Positions 34,461 through 42,955 of a DNA stretch of 64,000 bases are shown here, in pieces. Both the position numbers and the translations under genes were made by a program. Position 1 is the stretch's first letter; each line of letters starts with the position of its first letter. The notes beneath the pieces are model-generated. The model searched no databases. It was given only the letters and a program-made list of their open reading frames with translations, and was not told the origin of the DNA. Location of the stretch: positions 1-64,000 of the forward strand of contig JANPLN010000002.1 in the NCBI GenBank assembly GCA_031426555.1. Direction: 5' to 3'. Source of the DNA: Bdellovibrionales bacterium (GTDB lineage Bacteria; Bdellovibrionota; Bdellovibrionia; Bdellovibrionales; JAGQZY01).

Positions 34461-35201
34461 TTACGTCCAACTTGGCTTTTTGTTTTTCATAAACTGCTGA
34501 CGCTCGAACTCGGCGAGCCCCAAGGCCACGGAGACCGACACGTTGTAACTCGCCTGCGCCTGAACCTGCGGAATGCTCAGCAATTCATCACATTCATTCA
34601 GAACTGGAATGCGAATGCCTTTTTCCTCGCTGCCGTAGACTAAAACGACCTTTTCGGGAAATTGGATATCGTAAAGGTTCTTCTGCGCCTTTTCGGAAAA
34701 GCCGTAGATCCAGTAGCCTTTGTCTTTGAGCGCTTTCATCTCTGACAAAAAATGCGTCTCAGACACCGGCACGTACTCGGCGCCGCCGGAAGCCACTTTG
34801 CTGGCAGTGGGGGTCATTTTGACGGAATTTTTTTCGGAGATAAAAATTTCGGAAGTTCCCATCAGCCATGCCGTTCGCACGATGGCGCCAAGATTGTGGG
34901 GATCTTCGACACCGTCGAGGAAAAGCACAGAGGACGAGCCAGCAAACTCGCGCGCTTTCGGCTGATGAGCCGTAAACACCGCGACGTTTTGATGGCCAAA
35001 CTCAGAAAGCTCTTTAAAAAAAGAAATGGATTTTTGTATTGGCTTCACTCGGGATTTTTGCAGCAGAGGCTGCCAAAAGACACTTTTTGCAATGGCTAAG
35101 TCTTGAAAGCAAATTTCTTGTATCTGCCCAGGATGAGAGCGGAAGCACTCGGCACTTGCATGAATTCCGGTGACCCACCGGCCTTTTTTTCTGTCGGCCA
35201 T
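34461..35201 (-). CDS. TrmH/SpoU-family RNA 2'-O-methyltransferase (RlmB-like)
   Basis: LDGVEDPHNLGAIVRTA, GSEEKG and IP......S.NVSV SPOUT motifs. Confidence 0.92.
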   Translation of the reverse strand: MADRKKGRWVTGIHASAECFRSHPGQIQEICFQDLAIAKSVFWQPLLQKSRVKPIQKSISFFKELSEFGHQNVAVFTAHQPKAREFAGSSSVLFLDGVEDPHNLGAIVRTAWLMGTSEIFISEKNSVKMTPTASKVASGGAEYVPVSETHFLSEMKALKDKGYWIYGFSEKAQKNLYDIQFPEKVVLVYGSEEKGIRIPVLNECDELLSIPQVQAQASYNVSVSVALGLAEFERQQFMKNKKPSWT

Positions 35202-36931
35202 TACAACTGTTCCTGCAACAGGCCGCGGGCGGTAGAGGCTACAATCTTGGCCGCTTCGCTCAGACTAATATTCTGCGTGGCTTTGCTCTTCCGCGGAGTC
35301 AATTCGATTTGCCCTGCCTCAATTCCTTTTTTTCCTAGCGTTAAGCGGAGGGGTGAACCCAGAAGGTCGGCATCTTTAAATTTTACGCCGGGTCGCTCGT
35401 CGCGATCGTCGATAAAATAGTCGATCTTGGCCTCATCGAGAGCCGCAGTGATTTGCTTGAGCACCGAAAGAATTTTTTCATCTTTATCCAGCAAACAAAC
35501 ATGCACCACGTAGGGAGCAATGGCGGCGGGCCAGATCATGCCATCGGCATCGTGGGCTTGTTCAATGGCCGCCTGCACCGTGCGTGTGACGCCGATCCCA
35601 TAACAACCCATTTCGACAATTTTACTTTTTCCATCGCGATCTAAGAAATTTATATTCATGGCATCGGAGTATTTTTTGCCGAGATAAAAAATATGTCCCA
35701 CTTCGCTTCCGCGAACGGCCTTTAATGTGCCACTACAAGACGGGCATTTATCACCTTCGCGAACGAGAGCAATATCGCCGTTGAAGTGCACCTTGAAATC
35801 GCGCACAGGGTTTACGTTTTTAAGGTGGTAACCATCTTCGTTGGCGCCAACAACCATATTGATCTTGGATTGCAATGCAGAGTCCAAGACGACTGCTGCC
35901 GACGTGAGTCCTACCGGGCCGCAGCTTCCAGGATGGGCTTTGGTGATTTGCAAAACTTCGTCCTCCGTGCACATCTCTGCGTCTACGGTTTGATTCACCA
36001 CTTTTTTAACCTTGATCAAATTCACTTCGCGATTTCCAGGGACCAGGAGCGCATAGAACTTAGGTTTATTATCTTTTGTGAATTTAACGAAAAATGTTTT
36101 TACCAGTTCAGACTCTGGCGTGTTAAGACTTTTTGCGAGATCGGCAATTGTTTTTAATCCAGGAGTGGCGAATTTTTCTAAAGCGCCAGGTGAACCAGAA
36201 GATGCCGGGCTTGCTGCCACAACAGGAGTGATTTCTTCGTTGGAGGCGTAATCGCATTTGTCGCAGATAAACAATTTATCCATTCCCGATTCGGAGAGGA
36301 CTTGAAACTCATGGGATTGATTTCCACCAATGGCGCCAGTGTCCGCCTCCACAGCGCGAAAATCAAAGCCCACGCGCTTAAAAATATTATGATACGCCTG
36401 GCGCATTTTTTCGTAGCTCTCTTGGGCTTTTTCTTTAGTGTCGTCGAAGGTGTAGGCATCTTTCATGATAAATTCGCGGCCGCGCATGAGACCAAAGCGC
36501 GGACGGATTTCGTCGCGGTATTTGGTTTGAATTTGATACAGACTCACAGGCAAATTGCGATAGCTTTTGAGATCCTTGCGAACAAAATCGCTCACCACTT
36601 CTTCGTGGGTGGCGCCCAAGCAAAAATCTTGGTCGTTTTTATTTTTAAATTTTAACAACTCGCCCATATGGGGCCAACGACCCGACTCATCCCACAACGA
36701 TCGCGGTTGCACCATGGGCATTAAAATCTCTTCGCACTGAATTTTTGCAAGCTCGTCGCGAATGATGTTTTCCAGTTTACGAATCGCGCGGAGCCCCGTT
36801 TGGCTGTAGGTAAAAATTCCCGGTGCGACTTTTTTTATGACTCCCGCGCGCATAAACAGCTGATGACTGATGATCTCTGCATCGGCAGGGGGTTCTTTCA
36901 TGGTGAATAAAAACGATTGTGACCATTTCAT
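35201..36931 (-). CDS. proS: Proline--tRNA ligase with editing insertion
   Basis: ATG at 36931 (MKWSQ); THEE, KYRDEIRPRFGLMRGREF.MKDAY and MGCYGIG. Confidence 0.98.
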   Translation of the reverse strand: MKWSQSFLFTMKEPPADAEIISHQLFMRAGVIKKVAPGIFTYSQTGLRAIRKLENIIRDELAKIQCEEILMPMVQPRSLWDESGRWPHMGELLKFKNKNDQDFCLGATHEEVVSDFVRKDLKSYRNLPVSLYQIQTKYRDEIRPRFGLMRGREFIMKDAYTFDDTKEKAQESYEKMRQAYHNIFKRVGFDFRAVEADTGAIGGNQSHEFQVLSESGMDKLFICDKCDYASNEEITPVVAASPASSGSPGALEKFATPGLKTIADLAKSLNTPESELVKTFFVKFTKDNKPKFYALLVPGNREVNLIKVKKVVNQTVDAEMCTEDEVLQITKAHPGSCGPVGLTSAAVVLDSALQSKINMVVGANEDGYHLKNVNPVRDFKVHFNGDIALVREGDKCPSCSGTLKAVRGSEVGHIFYLGKKYSDAMNINFLDRDGKSKIVEMGCYGIGVTRTVQAAIEQAHDADGMIWPAAIAPYVVHVCLLDKDEKILSVLKQITAALDEAKIDYFIDDRDERPGVKFKDADLLGSPLRLTLGKKGIEAGQIELTPRKSKATQNISLSEAAKIVASTARGLLQEQL

Positions 36932-36946
36932 GGAAAAGCCTTTCAG

Positions 36947-36975
36947 TTGCTTCTGGAATGTCACCGTTATACTAT
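36947..36975 (+). promoter_or_regulatory. Candidate leaderless sigma70 promoter for coaD
   Basis: TTGCTT-17-TACTAT-6 nt-ATG; no SD. Confidence 0.55.
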
Positions 36976-36981
36976 GCTGGC

Positions 36982-37479
36982 ATGAAAAGCAAAAGAGCTA
37001 TTTATGCCGGAAGTTTTGATCCTTTAACACTTGGGCATTTGTGGGTGATCAAACAGGCGTCCCAGTTATTTGATGAACTCACCGTGGCCATTGGTGAAAA
37101 TCCTGGTAAAAAATATCTGTTTTCGGTGAAGCAACGCAAAAAGCACGTTGAAGAGGCCATGAAGGATTTAAAAATTGGCGGCAATGTTTCCATCGCTGTA
37201 ATAAATAATAAATTTTTAGTGAAGCATGCGGAGGAGAGCAAAATCCCTTATTTGGTGCGTGGCATTCGAGGTGCTAACGATTTTAATTACGAACTGGTCA
37301 TGAATCAAGTGAACCGCGAAATGTCGCCCAAGATTGAAACGATCTATTTGATTCCGCCTGCGGAAATGTCGCAAATCAGCTCGAGCATGGTCAAAGGCCT
37401 GGTGGGCCCTGAAGGTTGGGAAAAGGCGATTTTAAAGTACATTCCTAAGAATGTCCTGTCTGATCTCAAGAAGATTTAA
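36982..37479 (+). CDS. coaD: Phosphopantetheine adenylyltransferase
   Basis: ATG at 36982; AIYAGSFDPLTLGH, LVRGIR and ISSS.VK. Confidence 0.96.
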   Translation: MKSKRAIYAGSFDPLTLGHLWVIKQASQLFDELTVAIGENPGKKYLFSVKQRKKHVEEAMKDLKIGGNVSIAVINNKFLVKHAEESKIPYLVRGIRGANDFNYELVMNQVNREMSPKIETIYLIPPAEMSQISSSMVKGLVGPEGWEKAILKYIPKNVLSDLKKI

Positions 37480-37545
37480 CTCCATTGTCCGAAATAATTT
37501 GCATGAAATCTTTGCCCAATCCAGAAGGATTGGGCGAGCGTTTAC

Positions 37546-39471
37546 TTACTGTTCTATGAGAAAACCATTTTCGTCGAATCGGGCTCTGGCGTGCTTAGGT
37601 AGAGTGACAAGGCTTCCTGACTGGGAAGTGAATGTACTTTCCTCTCCTAAGTGGATATCCCGTGCCACACCGTTGGGATGTAATTCGACAAAATCCAAGC
37701 CTATGTATTTTTGACCTCGGATCAAAACCTCAATTGATTGATTATTGAGATAAACGGTTTTCAGATTACCATCTGAAAAGAACCCTATACCATCATTACG
37801 AGAGTCCTCAGAAAAGTACTGTTTACCAAATAGAAGAACGGAAGAACCCTTGAGAAGACCACACCACTGGAGCTTTTGATTGGGCCAAACACTTAGATTT
37901 CCGCCTGAGTCATCGGCAATGCAGGTAAAATCATGGGGTGGAACCAAAAAGCGGTACATCCCCATTTCGGCCGTTATATCCCCGAAAATACTAAAGTCTG
38001 ATCCTTCCTCTAAAGGGACATTAAACCCAAATAAATTGACGAACTGATTTGCCGTCACGATACCAGCTTCGATACGCCCCGACTGATCGAACTTGACTCG
38101 CCCAGTGAGACTGATTGATTGGTTGTTTTGAGAATAGGTTATTACATTCTTAGTGTAAGCTTCGGAAACGAGCCCATCGGTAAATGTCTTAAAACTCGGG
38201 TTGAATTGAGAGGAAGTAGGGAGCTCATAAGCAGCTTCAGGTTGAACGTCGATGTATCCTCCGGTGTAGCGAAGGCGAGCCGGCTGCGTGTGGCAGCCCA
38301 AGTTAAGACTTGCGCCCGCGTCGAAGCCCAAGCAACTCAAAGTCAATTTATCTGGGCTCAAAGGGCTGCTGATTGTTATCGGATTGAATAAGGTGGCATA
38401 TTTAACAGTTCCGTTCTTATTAAATAGAACTCGATTAAAGTTTATTTTGAGATGGCCAACGGACGAAGCTATGGTGAGGCTAGTTAAATCCATATTATCC
38501 AAATTTTTTACCATTCCATTTTCGTAGAAATCCATGGATTGGATTCCTTTGCCAGAGCTCACAAAGCGATTCCCATTAATAACCAGGTCGTACCCCTTTG
38601 GAAACAGTTGGGTTGGTTCGCCATAAAATTTAGACATTTGACTCACTAATCCATTTGGGTGGAAACGCACAAACGTTGATGGCGAAATTTCTAGCAGTTG
38701 ACCACCAACCACAGGAACCCAAGAGAGATGGGAAACATATCCCTCTTTTGGGGAGCCATCGGAATAGTAACTAATTTTGTAAAGATAAAGACGATCGTAT
38801 CCCGGCAGCATATCGTACGTTGGAAAGTTTACTTTCAGCATGGAGTCCGAAAACTCTTTTGTGGTGACACTTGCGAATTCTTGCGAAGCGATCCAGGCGT
38901 TGAGCTTGCGAGCTTTGATGGAATTGCGATGGCCATTTTGCGTGGCCTCTTCGTAGATAATCTCGTGCATGATCAATCCGGCCTTCTGGTCATTGTCCAG
39001 CTGGTTCCAGATGTCTTGGTTGATGAGATATTTTTTGCCGGGCACTCGCTGATCTGGGAGTCGAATTGCGAGCTGTCTGATTTTGCATTGCACGGGCAGA
39101 ACAAGATGAGCTGAGTCTTGGATGTCTTGCAACTCTTGCCCCTGCAGCTACAGTACATTACTAAAGAATTTATCAAACGCTGCTTTGTAGTTTAATGAAC
39201 GCACCGGCGAAACCTTGGTGAGACGGTCCAGATACATTTGAACTTTATTTTCCACAGAAACTGTGGGACCGCCGAGATCCATGACAAAAGTTGAATTTAA
39301 AATGCCGGCCTCGTAGAAGTCGAGAAGTTTATGCGCGAAGGGATAACCGCCGGGGCATTCGACAACGTCGCCGCCGTTACCCACGTCGCCGCCGTCGACG
39401 GCACTTATCTTTGCATGGGCAAGAATGCACAGTGTTTGCAAAAGTCCTATTAAAATAATCTTCTTAAGCAT
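37546..39471 (-). pseudogene. Secreted protein (GGDVGNGG domain, HEIIY motif, MORN-like repeats) interrupted by one in-frame TAG at 39148-39150
   Basis: ORFs 39148..39471 and 37546..39132 share a frame and read ...FFSNVL*LQGQELQDIQDS...; the signal peptide is only in the upstream part. Confidence 0.7.
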
Positions 39472-40303
39472 CGCTGCTCCTTTTGTTGAATTCTTTTGTT
39501 AAAGGGAAAAATTGGATTTGGATTTGAAATAACTGATTGCCGGAATTTTCTTCGAGAAGTTTACAAAAACGTTTGCGAAAATCGCGGATTAAATTTTTTG
39601 CTTCTTGGATATTTTTTGAGCTCATTATAAATGTGGACGCCTGAAACTCCCGATTCTCAACGGCAAATAAGCGCACCGCCTGCTTGGCAATTTCCATGGA
39701 GTTCTCGTGGTACTTTTTTACGGCTTCTTGGCTGATTTCGTTTTCGGTGGCAACGCGCTCCGAAGTGACTTCATACTCGCCCTCGGAGTTCAGCTGGATG
39801 AGACCACAGTGAACGAGGTCTTTTAAACACTGGCTGATTTCGGACGGTAGGACTTTAAAGTTAAAAATTTTCGAAAGCCACTTTGGGTCGGACACAAAAT
39901 AGTTCGTTTGAATCATCTCACGCAGTGCCAAGCCATACCACTTGGATAAAATAATAAAAGTGTCGTTATCTAATATTTTTAATGTCGTATGGGGATTCTC
40001 TTTGCCAATCTTCTCGAGCAATGCAAGGGCCAGGCGTGGATCTGCTTTTACTTTATGAAAGCGAATCAGATCTTTAAAGTACTCAGACTCTGAATCGCTA
40101 AATTCAAAGTAAGAAATCAGGCTTTCGGTCAGTTTTCGCCCTGGCAATCTTTCGCCAGATATCACCTTGCTGATAGACGACGTCGATCGCAGCTCCAGCT
40201 GCTGGGCCCAACGACCCAAGGTCCACTTTGGCTGGATTTTCTTTTTGTTCTGCAAATGCGCAATCAAGTAAGACCGATAATCTGTAAAGTGTTTAACCTT
40301 CAT
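39464..40303 (-). CDS. TIGR02147/DUF4423-like putative DNA-binding protein
   Basis: DYR.YL...W.L..WA..L...S.S.IS.V.SG.R HTH-like N-terminus; W...ALREM, .H...M..A..A....RE and QIQFFPLTK C-terminus. Confidence 0.85.
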   Translation of the reverse strand: MKVKHFTDYRSYLIAHLQNKKKIQPKWTLGRWAQQLELRSTSSISKVISGERLPGRKLTESLISYFEFSDSESEYFKDLIRFHKVKADPRLALALLEKIGKENPHTTLKILDNDTFIILSKWYGLALREMIQTNYFVSDPKWLSKIFNFKVLPSEISQCLKDLVHCGLIQLNSEGEYEVTSERVATENEISQEAVKKYHENSMEIAKQAVRLFAVENREFQASTFIMSSKNIQEAKNLIRDFRKRFCKLLEENSGNQLFQIQIQFFPLTKEFNKRSSDA

Positions 40304-40343
40304 CCCATCCCCAATTCATTTGTGATTTAGTATTCCCAGATTG

Positions 40344-40403
40344 TTGGCAAAGTGAAACAAAAATTTGGCAAATATCGTTTTTTGCGTTGGCAAGTTTTGC
40401 CAA
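40344..40403. repeat. Phased TTGGCAA direct repeats ending in a TTGGCAA-N3-TTGCCAA palindrome
   Basis: Copies at 40344, 40365 and 40387; inverted copy at 40397. Confidence 0.8.
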
Positions 40404-40497
40404 ATCAGCAGCGAATAGCTCGGAGGCAGCGAGTTTTCGCTGGCACGCAGCAAGTTAGGCCCTTCGTCTGACTTAATGCTAGATTTCTGGGGCGCTT

Positions 40498-40526
40498 TTC
40501 ACTTTGCGGCCCATTCGCCGTAAACT
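40498..40526 (+). promoter_or_regulatory. Candidate leaderless sigma70 promoter
   Basis: TTCACT-17-TAAACT-6 nt-ATG (40533); no SD. Confidence 0.5.
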
Positions 40527-40532
40527 GTCCCT

Positions 40533-41543
40533 ATGCGGAAGTTTTTGGTTTTGGGTTTGATAGGTGTTGGCGTGCTCGCTTGGTTGCTATGGCCAAGACC
40601 TGGGGTCTCCGTAAATAAAAAATCTGCGACACTCATAAAAAAGCAGGCTATCCTTCGAGCCTCTCAACCTCCTGCCCAGATAATTGCCGTTACGGAAACT
40701 CAGCAGGTTCCTCCTCCCATATCCGAACAGGACGCCGAATCCTTAGGAAACGAGTGTTATGCGAAACTTATCGAAGGCGCAATTCCGAGCCTCAACGAAT
40801 TCCGTAAAAAAATCACAGACGATCCCTTTGCACCCGTCGGTTTATGGATGTACGACAAGTCTGCGCCAATAAAACCCGCAGCCAATCCTTCAGCCTCGGA
40901 TTTTTTCTTACGTGGATTAGCCAACGCAAATTTGCTGCCGGGCCGGGAAAACAAAGAACCCAATTTGAATTTTGCGTTGGAATTATTGCTCAAAGCCCAA
41001 GAGAAGGATCCAAAAAATTCAGCTATCATTATTTTTGCGGCACTCCTTAAGAAGCAGCTTGGGGACGAACAGGGAGCGCAGGAGTTGATGGAGCAGGTGA
41101 ATGTGAACGAGATGAAGTTTGAGACGTATGAGATCGATACTATTTTCCACATGTACAAGTATATTAAAAATACGAAGGATGTTTTAAATTTTATCCAAGT
41201 TCGCGAAAAAATGCCCATTGTAGAACCCTTTCAAATCAAAAAATTTATTATCGAACAGGGGCGCCAGGATATTGGCTACTTGATGGTGCAAAATGAGCTC
41301 GATCCGGAAAGCCGTTATCATACGAGTCCAGATGGAGACATTCTATTTTTCTCCACCGGTCGCTCACTGGTCAGGGATATTTCCTCGTCTGATGTCGAAA
41401 AACTTCCACATCCCCATCAATTGATGGAAAAAATGAAAGATCACATTCAATACAAACTGGTGGATGTGGCCGATCTTGGGAGGGGTTGTGAGATTGAAAA
41501 ACTGCAACCTTATGTAGACTACTTCCAAAGTATCGCGAAGTAA
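40533..41543 (+). CDS. Hypothetical membrane-anchored protein with a TPR-like segment
   Basis: N-terminal TM helix, Pro/Gln linker, ALELLLKAQEKDPKNS...A...LGD...A pattern. Confidence 0.75.
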   Translation: MRKFLVLGLIGVGVLAWLLWPRPGVSVNKKSATLIKKQAILRASQPPAQIIAVTETQQVPPPISEQDAESLGNECYAKLIEGAIPSLNEFRKKITDDPFAPVGLWMYDKSAPIKPAANPSASDFFLRGLANANLLPGRENKEPNLNFALELLLKAQEKDPKNSAIIIFAALLKKQLGDEQGAQELMEQVNVNEMKFETYEIDTIFHMYKYIKNTKDVLNFIQVREKMPIVEPFQIKKFIIEQGRQDIGYLMVQNELDPESRYHTSPDGDILFFSTGRSLVRDISSSDVEKLPHPHQLMEKMKDHIQYKLVDVADLGRGCEIEKLQPYVDYFQSIAK

Positions 41544-41547
41544 GAAG

Positions 41548-41570
41548 TCCTTCGCTTTGCTCAGGATGAC
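41548..41570. repeat. REP-like palindromic unit between convergent genes
   Basis: TCCTTCGCTTTGCTCAGGATGAC with TCCT/AGGA stem; only one copy in the window. Confidence 0.4.
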
Positions 41571-41587
41571 TGGCTGTTTAGGACGAC

Positions 41588-42955
41588 TTAGTCGACGTCC
41601 ATGCCGAAGGATTTGATTTTGCGGTGCAGGTAGCTTCGCTCGAGGCCAATGGACTCGGCGGTTTTGCTGATGTTGCCCTCGTATTCGTTGATCTTTGTCG
41701 TAATGTACTCTTTTTCGAATTGAGCACGCGCTTCGCGGAAGCTTCCGAACTCGGCGTAAGAAGGTGTCGATCCAGCTTTTAAGCCCGCAAACTTCATGTC
41801 GTGGATATCCACAGAGTCGTCGGGCGTTAGGATATAAATACGCTCGATAAAGTTTTTAAGCTCGCGCACGTTGCCGGGCCATTCGTATTTTAATAGCAGC
41901 TCCATGGCCTGGGCCGTGAATGTTTTAAAGTGATAGCCGCCGGAGGCTGCGACTTTGCTGCTAAAATACTGGGTCAGCGCTTCGATATCTTTGGGGCGTT
42001 CGCGAAGCGAAGGAATTTTAAGCGGCATTAAATTTAAACGCTCGTAGAGATCTTGGTGAAATCTCCCCGCCTGCACTTCGGCTTGGAGGTTTTTGGCCGT
42101 GGCAGCAACCACGCGCACGTCGAGCTCGATACTCTTGCTGCCTCCGCGGCGTTGGATTTTACTGGTTTGCAGATAACGGTAGATTTTTTCCTGCACAGGC
42201 ATTGGTAGCGCGTCCACGTCGTCGAGAAATAAGGTTCCGCGATGGGCGAGATCCATTTTTCCAAAGCGCTCTTCTTTGGAGCCAACAAGGGAACCTTCTT
42301 CGTACCCAAACAAATCCCCTTCGATCAGATCCGCTGGAATTTGACTGCATTTTAAATCAATCAAAGAGTAGCCGGCGCGCGGGCTCAGAAAGTGAATGTT
42401 GTTGGCCACGAGCTCTTTGCCTGTACCGATTTCACCTTGTAGCAATAACCAATGGGCGGTGGGTGCAATTTTCACTACTAATTGTTTAATCTGTTTGGAC
42501 TCTTCGCTGTTGCCTACAATGGCGATGTTTTCGCGGAGGCGATTTAAAAGATTCTTTTTTTCCTGGCGCTCACGCTGGAAAGCGATGATGTTTTTAATAA
42601 GAATGGATATTTTATCCAGCGAGATTGGCTTTTCGACAAAGTCCCAGGCACCGAGGCGCGTGGCTTGAACCGCGGTTTCGATGGTGCCATGGCCTGACAT
42701 GACGATAAAGTCGCAAAAAACCTGGCGCTCTTTTGCCACCTTTAATACGCCAATCCCATCGTATTTACCGGGCATCCACACATCGAGCAAAACAACTGCC
42801 GGTTTAAAAGACTCAATCTTTTGCAATCCGAGCTCGCCGTTTTCGGCCGTCTCAACCACATAGCCTTCGTCTTGCAGAGCTGCTGACAACACTTCGCAGA
42901 TGGATTTTTCGTCATCGATGATTAAAATTTTGTCTTCCAATTTCTCATTATACAT
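41588..42955 (-). CDS. NtrX-like response regulator (REC-AAA+-Fis HTH) with degenerate sigma54-contact motif
   Basis: IIDDE, LLDVWMP, GEIGTGKE, WPGNVREL and HTH present; GAFTGA replaced by GSLVGS. Confidence 0.92.
   Translation of the reverse strand: MYNEKLEDKILIIDDEKSICEVLSAALQDEGYVVETAENGELGLQKIESFKPAVVLLDVWMPGKYDGIGVLKVAKERQVFCDFIVMSGHGTIETAVQATRLGAWDFVEKPISLDKISILIKNIIAFQRERQEKKNLLNRLRENIAIVGNSEESKQIKQLVVKIAPTAHWLLLQGEIGTGKELVANNIHFLSPRAGYSLIDLKCSQIPADLIEGDLFGYEEGSLVGSKEERFGKMDLAHRGTLFLDDVDALPMPVQEKIYRYLQTSKIQRRGGSKSIELDVRVVAATAKNLQAEVQAGRFHQDLYERLNLMPLKIPSLRERPKDIEALTQYFSSKVAASGGYHFKTFTAQAMELLLKYEWPGNVRELKNFIERIYILTPDDSVDIHDMKFAGLKAGSTPSYAEFGSFREARAQFEKEYITTKINEYEGNISKTAESIGLERSYLHRKIKSFGMDVD

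Noticed and set aside
39148..39150. Genome-wide TAG reassignment or pyrrolysine
   Set aside because: TAG terminates rpmJ, rplN, rplB, rpsG and tuf at their expected ends, and no pyl genes or suppressor tRNA are in the window.
40365..40456. TGGCA motifs as sigma54 -24/-12 promoters
   Set aside because: I found no copy with a TTGC-like -12 element at the required GG-N10-GC spacing.
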